Virus record (IMG/VR): IMGVR_UViG_3300035494_000066
Reading direction: 5' to 3' (one strand)
DNA from: a virus
Taxonomy: Duplodnaviria; Heunggongvirae; Uroviricota; Caudoviricetes
DNA length: 64,000 nt
Shown here: in pieces, positions 1 through 7,058 of the stretch
Numbering within the stretch: position 1 is the stretch's first letter
How the letters are laid out: every line of letters starts with the position of its first letter
The notes under the pieces: generated by a model
What the model was told of the DNA's origin: nothing
Database searches by the model: none
What the model saw: only the letters and a program-made list of their open reading frames with translations
Translations under genes and position numbers: made by a program

Positions 1-17
1 TTGTCATAAGGTTGAAT

Positions 18-93
18 TGGGGTGATGCATGGGACTCGAACCCATATCTGCCGGAGTCACATTCCGGAGCTCTACCATTAAGCTAGCACCACC
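18..93 (-). tRNA. tRNA-His (anticodon GTG), with encoded G-1 and C73
   Basis: Hand-folded cloverleaf on the minus strand. T-arm GGGTTCGAGTCCC, anticodon loop aTGTGAc, 8-bp acceptor with G-1, CCA encoded. Confidence 0.7.
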
Positions 94-229
94 ATAAACT
101 CTCCGTCGACGCCAACAGTATTGCACTGTTGCACGTTTCGTCTCTGAAAAGACTCATCAGGACGGCTGTCTTATTAATGTTTCTATATTATACAGCTGGT
201 ATACTATTATGTCAACTGCATTTTACATT

Positions 230-307
230 TGGCACCCTTTGTAGGATTTGAACCTACGACCTCCGAGTTCGAAGCACGGCGCTCTGGTCCAACTGAGCTA
301 AAAGGGC
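230..307 (-). tRNA. tRNA-Arg (anticodon TCG)
   Basis: Hand fold. Acceptor gcccttt/aaagggt, D-arm agctcagttggaccagagc, anticodon loop cTTCGAa, T-arm gtaggttcaaatcctac, CCA. Confidence 0.65.
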
Positions 308-319
308 ATATTTGTTATG

Positions 320-838
320 TTAATACGATTCGTACTGTAGTGTTTCGAGGTTTAACTTCTTACGCACATCTGTGAAGTACTGACAGTAATGTGTTGGCTT
401 TTTATAAACGCTAAACGCTTTAATAAAAGACATTGCATCGGCTTTGCGATGAAAGAATACAGTCATTGACTGAGTCTCATTTGCTCGGTATTCGGTGTTA
501 CCGATGCACCAGCCTTTTACGTTATCTTCGTCGTTCCGGTCTTTTACATTGCGATCGAGCCACTCTAATACGTGCGGCTTTAGATTTGGCACACAACGAG
601 TGCAGCACTTTGCAACTTCTTCATCAGACACATCAGGGTTAACTGATTGCATTGCAGATTTAAATCGATCAAACCCTTCAGTATCTAGGTATGGCTCTGC
701 GTTTGGATCAACAAGAGCATCCCAATCAGCGATATCAGAATCTACATATCCTTTCCAACTAACAAGATGGCGACAGTGATATACTTTATCATCCCAGTGA
801 CTATGATGACACCAGATGTGATTTTGTAGATAGTTCAT
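320..838 (-). CDS. hypothetical protein (172 aa), His/Cys-rich
   Basis: Long minus-strand ORF on the strand that carries the neighbouring genes. No recognisable domain. Confidence 0.45.
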   Translation of the reverse strand: MNYLQNHIWCHHSHWDDKVYHCRHLVSWKGYVDSDIADWDALVDPNAEPYLDTEGFDRFKSAMQSVNPDVSDEEVAKCCTRCVPNLKPHVLEWLDRNVKDRNDEDNVKGWCIGNTEYRANETQSMTVFFHRKADAMSFIKAFSVYKKPTHYCQYFTDVRKKLNLETLQYESY

Positions 839-2119
839 ACATCCCTCGAGGAAAGTTGTAAATTGACTAGAAATACTGCTGCGCGTGGTTGATTCTAAGA
901 TTTAGCAAGCGTGTACAGTAACATATCGTCGGTGCTGATTTTAACTGTTGTGCTTGCATACACTCTTGATGTTTTTTTGTTTTTCGAATCAACACGATAA
1001 ATTTTAATCGTCTTTTCGTGCGGCAGTGCGGCCACTACATAACATATTGAAATGCTGGCGTAATACGAAGCCCCTACATAGTCACCAGCGGTAATTTCCT
1101 TTCCTAACAGGTCAGTGTGAACATTCATGCTATATTAAGACAATTTGTTAGATTCAAATGCACGTTGTGACATACCGAAGAACATGTAGTGAAACCAACG
1201 TACATCACCGCTCTGGACTTTAATACGAAAACCGTTTTTGACTTTTTCGACAACCTCGTATGATTGTCCGTCAACAAGACCGCTCCATTTAAAATCGTCG
1301 CCGAGCATACGTGACCGTGCAATAATGTTCATATATGTTCTCCTTGACGTTCTAAGTTATGTGTTTATTATAAGACATGTGTTAGTGAAGGTCAATACTT
1401 TTTCTTACTTTAAGTAAGATCGGACGTAAAATCTGGCCTAGTATTCCAATGCTGTATGCATTCGCGCTTGCTATAACCGAGAATGGTAGCAGTGCACCCG
1501 CCGTAATGCTCTTGGCACACTATCTGCCAAAGCTGATTGCCTTCTGCGTCCTTCCTAGAAGCAGGATAAATTGTATCAATTGGGTCTTGATTATTTAGGT
1601 CATTTCCGCAGAACGGGCAAGGTAGCAAGTCGGCCATAGTTACTCATCTTCTAGTAAATCAAATTCAGCATTAAGTACAGTGAATGCATACTTCATTAAT
1701 TTGTGGAACGCAACCGGGTCTTCGTCTACTAAACGATTACCAACAGTCTCCATGTAGTATCCTTCGGAATCTTTCTTAAAGAACGCAATAGTAAAGCAGT
1801 ATTCTTTCATGTCAGGCATTCTCCAGCCTACAATTTCTGCTTCGCGATTCTCTATCCTCCGGAATTCTAAATCACCTACTCTCATATCAATCTGCCTTAA
1901 GTGTTGTTACTTTTGGTAATCGTCTTTTGGCCCAGCTGGGCGCACTGACCGAGATTGGTAATGTTGCTTAGCGTCTTCTCTCGATTTTTGTATGGTTCGC
2001 AACATTTACCGCACTGTATGTCTTTTTGGAGCAATCGCTGCTCTAGTGCTTCAGGAGAACTAAAGTCTTTACTGCTAATGTTTCTACAAATGCAAACTTT
2101 CATTATTATATCTTAAAGT

Positions 2120-2192
2120 TGGTAGCTCTGGGTGGAATCGAACCACCATTGCACGATTATCAGTCGTGTTTTCTACCGTTGAAATACAGAGC
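2120..2192 (-). tRNA. tRNA-Ile (anticodon GAT)
   Basis: Hand fold. Acceptor agctctg/cagagct, anticodon stem cacga/tcgtg, loop cTGATAa, T-arm ggtggttcgattccacc, CCA. Confidence 0.65.
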
Positions 2193-2199
2193 TAGTGAA

Positions 2200-2279
2200 T
2201 GGTGCCCACAGCAGGGGTCGAACCTGCATGTATCCAATTAACCTTTCTACGATTTCGTAGACCGAGGGTATATGTGGGC
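2200..2279 (-). tRNA. tRNA-like element with canonical acceptor and T-arm but irregular D/anticodon region (possible pseudo-tRNA or insert-bearing tRNA)
   Basis: Acceptor gcccaca/tgtgggc, T-arm gcaggttcgacccctgc and CCA are canonical. The 43-nt core contains a perfect ctacg-aaat-cgtag hairpin and no canonical 5-bp/7-nt anticodon arm. Confidence 0.35.
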
Positions 2280-2286
2280 ATTTAAT

Positions 2287-2362
2287 TGGCGACTGTGACG
2301 GGAGTCGAACCCGCACCAGACTGCTAGACAGGCAGTTATCCTTCCCAGAGGATCTCACAGCC
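2287..2362 (-). tRNA. tRNA-Asp (anticodon GTC), copy 1 (unusual T37)
   Basis: Hand fold. Acceptor ggctgtg/cacagtc, D atcc/ggat, anticodon arm actgc-cTGTCta-gcagt, T-arm gcgggttcgactcccgt, CCA. Confidence 0.55.
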
Positions 2363-2420
2363 AGAAACTTGGCCTTAAGCAGGAGCTACGCTCAACTGTA
2401 CTTAAGGTTACAAACTAATA

Positions 2421-2503
2421 TGGTTGGGGCAGTGGGATTCGAACCCGACATGCTCTCGCGACGGTGTTACAGACCGCTTCCTTTCCCAGAAGGAGTTACC
2501 CCA
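2421..2503 (-). tRNA. tRNA-Tyr (anticodon GTA), long variable arm, copy 1
   Basis: 83 nt. Anticodon arm gcggt-cTGTAac-accgt, long variable region. T-stem is weak (3 bp). CCA encoded. Confidence 0.5.
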
Positions 2504-2510
2504 ATTAAGC

Positions 2511-2586
2511 TGGTGCAGCCTCTCGGAATCGAACCGAGTTCTCTAATTCTTCAGACTAGCGTGAGGACCACCTTCACCAAAGCTGC
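2511..2586 (-). tRNA. tRNA-Phe (anticodon GAA), copy 1
   Basis: Hand fold. Acceptor gcagctt/aggctgc, D gtga/tcac, anticodon loop cTGAAga, T-arm ctcggttcgattccgag, CCA. Confidence 0.7.
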
Positions 2587-2591
2587 ATAAT

Positions 2592-2669
2592 TGGTCTCCC
2601 GGGTAGGATTCGAACCTACGACCACTCAGTTCCAAACCGAGTGCGCTAACCAGACTGCGCTACCGAGAG
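2592..2669 (-). tRNA. tRNA-Pro (anticodon TGG), copy 1
   Basis: Hand fold. Acceptor ctctcgg/ccgggag, D gcgc/gcgc, anticodon arm ctcgg-tTTGGaa-ctgag, T-arm gtaggttcgaatcctac, CCA. Confidence 0.65.
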
Positions 2670-2705
2670 TTTGTTCTATACTGATTCTATCAGTACTATT
2701 GTAAT

Positions 2706-2783
2706 TGGTCCGGATTGCAGGATTCGAACCTGCGACCCCTTGCTCCCAAAGCAAGTGCTCTGCACAAACTGAGCTAAACCCGG
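2706..2783 (-). tRNA. tRNA-Pro (anticodon TGG), copy 2
   Basis: Hand fold. Acceptor ccgggtt/aatccgg, D gctc/gagc, anticodon arm cttgc-tTTGGga-gcaag, T-arm gcaggttcgaatcctgc, CCA. Confidence 0.6.
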
Positions 2784-2790
2784 AATAAAA

Positions 2791-2865
2791 TGGTAGCTCC
2801 AACAAGAATCGAACTTGTATTTCACCGTTATCAGCGGTACGTTCTAGCCGTTGAACTATGGAGCT
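2791..2865 (-). tRNA. tRNA-Ile (anticodon GAT), copy 2
   Basis: Hand fold. Acceptor agctcca/tggagct, D gttc/gaac, anticodon arm taccg-cTGATaa-cggtg, T-arm acaagttcgattcttgt, CCA. Confidence 0.65.
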
Positions 2866-2871
2866 ATTATT

Positions 2872-2945
2872 TGGTGGACCGACGGGGAATCGAACCCCGA
2901 TCACTACAGTGCAAGTGTAGTATAATACCGTTATACTATCAGCCC
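2872..2945 (-). tRNA. tRNA-Ala (anticodon TGC) with G3:U70, copy 1
   Basis: Hand fold. Acceptor gggctga/tcggtcc carries a G3:U70 wobble (Ala identity). Anticodon arm ctaca-cTTGCac-tgtag, T-arm cggggttcgattccccg, CCA. Confidence 0.65.
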
Positions 2946-2980
2946 AAAACGTTTAAGTAAACTAATGCTTACTCTTAAAA

Positions 2981-3056
2981 TGGTATCCCGTAGGGGAATC
3001 GAACCCCTGTTAGCAGGTTGAAAACCTGCTGTCCTGACCGACTAGACGAACGGGAC
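2981..3056 (-). tRNA. tRNA-Glu (anticodon TTC), copy 1
   Basis: Strong resemblance to bacterial tRNA-Glu. gtcccgttcgtctag..., 3-bp D stem, anticodon arm gcagg-tTTTCaa-cctgc, T-arm aggggttcgattcccct, CCA. Confidence 0.75.
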
Positions 3057-3148
3057 ATTTAATAGTAACAGGGCAAGTCTACCTCTTGCTGTTAAGCGAA
3101 CTGTTGCACACACGTCAACTCCCCCGAAGGTTTTACAACGCTGTGCTC

Positions 3149-3224
3149 AGCTTATACCTGTTATAAATTGGCGGACCTGACGAGTTTCGATCTCGCTACC
3201 TCGACAGTGACAGTGTCGCGCTCT
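3149..3224 (-). tRNA. tRNA-Asp (anticodon GTC), copy 2 (T-loop has A54)
   Basis: Hand fold. Acceptor ggacctg/caggtcc, D gctc/gagc, anticodon arm cgaca-cTGTCac-tgtcg, T-arm gcgag-atcgaaa-ctcgt, CCA. Confidence 0.6.
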
Positions 3225-3332
3225 CCCGATTGAGCTACAGGTCCTTAAATTCTGACACCTATTCCGGCTTTTACGGCAACGTTTTTATTGCTGCTAGTGC
3301 CCAACAGCATGTTGCTTGATACTTCATGAATT

Positions 3333-3409
3333 TGGTGCAGCGAGTAGGAATTGAACCTACGACACCCTGGGCTTCAACCAAGTGCTCTACCGGACTGAGC
3401 TATCGCTGC
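3333..3409 (-). tRNA. tRNA-Phe (anticodon GAA), copy 2
   Basis: Hand fold. Acceptor gcagcga/tcgctgc, D gctc/gagc, anticodon arm cttgg-tTGAAgc-ccagg, T-arm gtaggttcaattcctac, CCA. Confidence 0.55.
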
Positions 3410-3410
3410 G

Positions 3411-3486
3411 TGGCGTTCCTGCAGGGACTCGAACCCTGTGCTGCGGAGTGAAAACCCGCTGATTTAACCACATAATCGACAGGAAC
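3411..3486 (-). tRNA. tRNA-Glu (anticodon TTC), copy 2
   Basis: Hand fold. Acceptor gttcctg/caggaac, D gatt/aatc, anticodon arm gcggg-tTTTCac-tccgc, T-arm cagggttcgagtccctg, CCA. Confidence 0.6.
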
Positions 3487-3492
3487 AAAAAT

Positions 3493-3568
3493 TGGTAGGA
3501 CCGGGCGGACTTGAACCGCCAACCACCCGCTTAAAAGGCGGATGCTCTAACCATTGAGCTACGATCCT
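3493..3568 (-). tRNA. tRNA-Lys (anticodon TTT)
   Basis: Hand fold. Acceptor aggatcg/cggtcct, D gctc/gagc, anticodon arm tccgc-cTTTTaa-gcggg, T-arm ggcggttcaagtccgcc, CCA. Confidence 0.7.
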
Positions 3569-3570
3569 AA

Positions 3571-3656
3571 TGGCTCCTCGGGTAGGCTTCGAACCTACAA
3601 TGCCTATCGGCGCCTGATTAACAGTCAGGTGACTTTACCAGTTTGTCTACCGAGGA
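3571..3656 (-). tRNA. type-II (long variable arm) tRNA with anticodon GTT; discriminator G73
   Basis: 86 nt. 3-bp D stem with 11-nt D loop, perfect anticodon arm cctga-cTGTTaa-tcagg, 14-nt variable arm, T-arm gtaggttcgaagcctac, CCA. This architecture is normally Ser/Leu/Tyr, not Asn. Confidence 0.5.
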
Positions 3657-3667
3657 ATTTTAAAAAT

Positions 3668-3752
3668 TGGTAGCGAGAGCAGGATTCGAACCTACGAAGC
3701 CATTGGCAATGGGTTATGAGCCCATTCACTTTGTCCGCTTGTATATCTCGCA
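3668..3752 (-). tRNA. type-II (long variable arm) tRNA with anticodon CAT; 1:72 mismatch; discriminator A73
   Basis: 85 nt. 3-bp D stem with 11-nt D loop, perfect anticodon arm atggg-cTCATaa-cccat, 13-nt variable arm, T-arm gtaggttcgaatcctgc, CCA. Confidence 0.5.
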
Positions 3753-3757
3753 ATAAT

Positions 3758-3841
3758 TGGTGGGCCAGGCTGGACTTGAACCAGCAGTGCTTTCGCGTCG
3801 GGTTTACAGCCCGATAGGGTTACCAATTTTCCTACTGACCC
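3758..3841 (-). tRNA. tRNA-Tyr (anticodon GTA), type II, copy 2
   Basis: 84 nt. Acceptor gggtcag/ctggccc, anticodon arm tcggg-cTGTAaa-cccga (canonical Tyr loop), 12-nt variable arm, T-arm gctggttcaagtccagc, CCA. Confidence 0.7.
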
Positions 3842-3891
3842 GTAACTGAAGTAGCTAGATTTGAATCTATAACATACTCCAATGAAAAATT

Positions 3892-3965
3892 TGGTGGAGA
3901 CATGGAGAATCGAACTCCAATCACTACAGTGCAAGTGTAGTATAATACCGTTATACTATATCCCC
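3892..3965 (-). tRNA. tRNA-Ala (anticodon TGC) with G3:U70, copy 2
   Basis: Body is nearly identical to the copy at 2872-2945 (shared ~50-nt core). Acceptor and T-stem differ (ggggata/tgtctcc, tggagttcgattctcca). CCA encoded. Confidence 0.65.
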
Positions 3966-3967
3966 AT

Positions 3968-4043
3968 TGGCTCCCTGGACTGGATTCGAACCAGTAGCGA
4001 CTTGGTTAAAGCCAAGTGCCCCTACCTATAGGGCCCCCAGGGA
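3968..4043 (-). tRNA. tRNA-Lys-like with 6-nt anticodon loop (cTTTaa)
   Basis: All four arms are otherwise canonical: acceptor tccctgg/ccaggga, D gccc/gggc, T-arm actggttcgaatccagt, CCA. The perfect anticodon stem cttgg/ccaag encloses only 6 nt, ctttaa. Confidence 0.45.
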
Positions 4044-4044
4044 A

Positions 4045-4120
4045 TGGTGCTCGGTGATGGAATCAAACCATCCTGAAACTTGCTTGTAAGGCAAGCGCCT
4101 CCTCAATCGGCCAACCGAGC
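4045..4120 (-). tRNA. tRNA-Val (anticodon TAC)
   Basis: Hand fold. Acceptor gctcggt/accgagc, anticodon arm cttgc-cTTACaa-gcaag, T-arm gatggtttgattccatc, CCA. Confidence 0.65.
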
Positions 4121-4124
4121 AGTT

Positions 4125-4200
4125 TGGTTGTAGTGGTGGGATTTGAACCCACAAACCTTCACATTATGAATGTGCTGCTCTACCATTGAGCTACACTACA
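4125..4200 (-). tRNA. tRNA-Met (anticodon CAT), elongator-type (1:72 paired)
   Basis: Hand fold. Acceptor tgtagtg/cactaca, D gctc/gagc, anticodon loop tTCATaa, T-arm gtgggttcaaatcccac, CCA. Confidence 0.65.
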
Positions 4201-4566
4201 ATTACAACTTTCCTAAAATGTTAAAGAGCGTTTGTCTAATTACAGACATTAAAAAAGGGTGCCTTTGCACCCTTTTTATTAAATTCTTTTCTACTTTACG
4301 AGCAAGGGTGCAGTTTCGTAAAGTAATCCTTATAATCGCGAGCGAAGAAAATCTCAGCCACAATCGCAGGGCGAACATTAGCCATCGGCTTAACATTATT
4401 CTCTGCAATGTTGTTATGATTGATTACGTTGTTCATTTCTTGCTCTCTTTAAGTTATGTTGTACAGTATACTACGTTTTTTTCTACTGTCAAGTCTTTTT
4501 GTAAAACTTTTTAAATTTCTTTTTGTTTAACTTTGTAAATTGTATAGTTTTATTTATATCTGTTAA

Positions 4567-4596
4567 CTAAAAAACCAGAACTTTTTTGGTTTTTAA
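4567..4596. terminator. A-run/hairpin/T-run bidirectional terminator-like element (repeat copy 1)
   Basis: Sequence aaaaaacc(a)gaacttttttggttttt. A near-identical copy lies at 6705-6728. Confidence 0.45.
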
Positions 4597-4733
4597 CTAC
4601 TCGGATAACAAAAAGAACACTAATTATGTTGCGTTTGTAACATAGTTAACTAAACTGTTGTTGTGTATACGCTTAGTCTTAAATTGTAATCTATGCATTA
4701 ATTATACAGATTAGTTACACACTGTCAACATAA

Positions 4734-6197
4734 TTATTTCAAATTTTTAATCGGTATTAGTTCGGGATGTGCGCTGTAAAAATCGGTGTTGCGCTTCTGG
4801 TCAAACGACTCAGTGCTAGTTACAAATTTGTGGCTTAGATCATTTCGATTATTAAACTTGCGTAAGAAGTTAGTAACCCAATTTAGCTCAGTGTAGTTAC
4901 TACTCTGATACTTTTCGATTGCTAAATCCCTGAGCCATTGAGGAGCATTAGCTACACTAAACTCTGCAGGATCTGTAACAAAACCCCAAACTAAATTAGC
5001 GTTAAGTGTTTTCGATAGAGACACAACATTGTCTAGATACAATAAATTTTGTGTATTAACAGTAACAGAAAAACTCAACTTAGCATGTGCATTCTGCATG
5101 CAGAACTTAGAAAAATCGTTAAGATTTTCTGCAACTTCGTTCCATTTACCACCGCGTTGGATTTCAAATCGACGACCGACGTCATCGATGCTTGCTATGA
5201 TTTCTATAGATTTGAACCTCTGCAATAGTTGCATAATGTCTGGTTTATACACACTACCGTTTGTGTTGATGCTAATGCTCATGTTGTGTGCTTGCTTTAA
5301 ATCGATTAGCCTTGTTAACAACTTCTCTAAGTTAGGATTAATCAACGGTTCACCGCCTAGTAAGTGAACACTTTCGCAACTGTTGAAATCAATTTTAGAC
5401 AGAAAATCTTCCTCTAGAGGAATTTTCCCAAAGACTTCAAATGCTCTGAGATTGTTTTGTTCTTTAGCAACTCGTGTGCTTGCGTCAGGATTGCATATTC
5501 GACATTTAAAGTTACAAAATGAAGTAGCCGACACAGTTATGTCCCGGAGCTCAATGTTATCAAACCACCGAGTGTTGCAAGCGTGTAAAAACTTTTCAAT
5601 AAACTGTTGCCGTCTGCTAATTGCTCCTTGCTCTTCTTTTCTCCAGCATTCATTGCAGCCTGGGTGCTTAGTATTGCTGCTTATAGCAGCCCTAATCGAA
5701 GCGTACTGACTGTTATCCTCAATTGAGAAATTTCTATCTGTGATAGTAACGCTGTTAGAGTACTCACAGCACGGTTTTGCACTTTTATTGCTGCGAATGT
5801 TAATCATTCCGTACGGTGCAGGACAAAATGTTTCGGATAGTGCTGGGAAAGAGTCTAGCTGTATTGGTGCAGTTATAGTTCCTTCATAATTAACTACTTC
5901 AAAATCGATGTCTGAATAATCAACTATGTTGTTTCTGACGTATTCTATTTCAGCAGTTAAGTCTTGGGGGGTTTCGAGACGAACAAAACACAGTGAAATG
6001 TCGGCACGTAAAGCAGCAAATGCTAAATGGGCAATGTGCTGCCATGTCATCGGGTGCGATGTATATAGGACAATACGCTCGTCTGGTCTAAAATACGGTT
6101 TTGTGATAGCTTGAAAATAACGATACGCAGTTGAGTGTACATCACCTAATACTTCGCTCAAGTCTGCCTTACTAACTATATTAATTTCTGCGGTCAT
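4734..6197 (-). CDS. radical SAM enzyme, SPASM/twitch-type, with N-terminal Cys-rich domain (487 aa)
   Basis: CxxxCxxC motif (CNFKCRIC), GGEPL-like motif, NTNGS motif. N-terminal CxxCW...RRQQ motif is shared with the rSAM at 18300-19610. Confidence 0.75.
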   Translation of the reverse strand: MTAEINIVSKADLSEVLGDVHSTAYRYFQAITKPYFRPDERIVLYTSHPMTWQHIAHLAFAALRADISLCFVRLETPQDLTAEIEYVRNNIVDYSDIDFEVVNYEGTITAPIQLDSFPALSETFCPAPYGMINIRSNKSAKPCCEYSNSVTITDRNFSIEDNSQYASIRAAISSNTKHPGCNECWRKEEQGAISRRQQFIEKFLHACNTRWFDNIELRDITVSATSFCNFKCRICNPDASTRVAKEQNNLRAFEVFGKIPLEEDFLSKIDFNSCESVHLLGGEPLINPNLEKLLTRLIDLKQAHNMSISINTNGSVYKPDIMQLLQRFKSIEIIASIDDVGRRFEIQRGGKWNEVAENLNDFSKFCMQNAHAKLSFSVTVNTQNLLYLDNVVSLSKTLNANLVWGFVTDPAEFSVANAPQWLRDLAIEKYQSSNYTELNWVTNFLRKFNNRNDLSHKFVTSTESFDQKRNTDFYSAHPELIPIKNLK

Positions 6198-6328
6198 AGT
6201 ACCCTAGTGTCGTGAAAGTGCAGTTCGGCGTCAAATCCAAGCAGTCCGATTGTAACTCGAAAACCAGCATGGTCGCACAGTGCGGAAACGTTAACGTCGA
6301 CGCTGACGATTGTTGGTGTTTTGTACAT
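6194..6328 (-). CDS. small ORF (43 aa) translationally coupled to the radical SAM gene (stop overlaps rSAM ATG as ATGA)
   Basis: Hand translation MYKTPTIVSVDVNVSALCDHAGFRVTIGLLGFDAELHFHDTRVL. Weak RBS. Not in the ORF track because it is shorter than 60 aa. Confidence 0.3.
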   Translation of the reverse strand: MYKTPTIVSVDVNVSALCDHAGFRVTIGLLGFDAELHFHDTRVL

Positions 6329-6692
6329 ATTGGCTTCTAGCACTTTGTTAACTTTTGGAAAGCTAAATGCTTTGTGTACAACAGTAGACCAACGGTTAAC
6401 GCCGGGTCTGACAAGTTGGTATTAAACGAAATCATTTGCTCGAATCCTTATACTTTTCGACTGCAGACGCAATGCGTTGCTTAAGGTCTAAATATGATGT
6501 TGAGTAATACTCATCGTCGGCTAAGTACGGAACTGCTACCCGTTCTACAGTCTTCTTAAAAGTCCAGCACATCGACGTAACCAATTCACTCTCACGACTT
6601 AAGCCTCCCATCACGCGAACGTGTAAACATGCTTCTAAAAACTAGCTAGTGTTTCTTTCTTTTTATTTATTATAGTGTCTTTTTGCGTAGTG

Positions 6693-6998
6693 TCAACTAA
6701 AAAACCGAAACTTTTTTGGTTTTTTAACTTCGTTGACTCGAGTCAACAAGCTGTGCAGCACACGTTGATATTTATTATCGCCGTCTAACTCAAAACGTTC
6801 GAGGCGATAGTAAAAATCTCCATCTCGGCGTGTACGAAGCACTTTATCTGCGCACAAGTAGTCTGTGCGATCGGACACATTGCGAAGCACGAAGTCGTAC
6901 ATAGCAGGATCGGATGATCTTTCTACCCGATACACAGATCCTTTAAAGTAGATGTTATTGCCTAGTTGCAAATCGTTAACTACTTTTACATGCATCAT
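6693..6998 (-). CDS. hypothetical protein (101 aa)
   Basis: Minus-strand ORF downstream of a TTGACA-17-TATACT promoter at about 7020-7060. Confidence 0.45.
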   Translation of the reverse strand: MMHVKVVNDLQLGNNIYFKGSVYRVERSSDPAMYDFVLRNVSDRTDYLCADKVLRTRRDGDFYYRLERFELDGDNKYQRVLHSLLTRVNEVKKPKKFRFFS

Positions 6999-7058
6999 GT
7001 CTGTGTCCTTCTTAACGTTTATGTATTAAGTATACAGCCTGTATTGTTGTTGTCAACC

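Noticed and set aside
2369-3934. ORF-track entries overlapping the tRNA array: 2369-2590 (+), 2626-2904 (-) and 3692-3934 (-)
   Set aside because: They overlap hand-folded tRNA genes one after another and contain tRNA-derived motifs (GFEP, GIEP, SNP). They are artefacts of translating tRNA sequence.
6693-6998. Terminator hairpin at 6705-6728 lying inside the 3' end of this ORF
   Set aside because: I considered truncating the ORF. The hairpin encodes its last residues, KKPKKFRFFS. The coding and terminator roles may overlap, or the true stop may be upstream. I left the ORF as called at lower confidence rather than inventing a new boundary.
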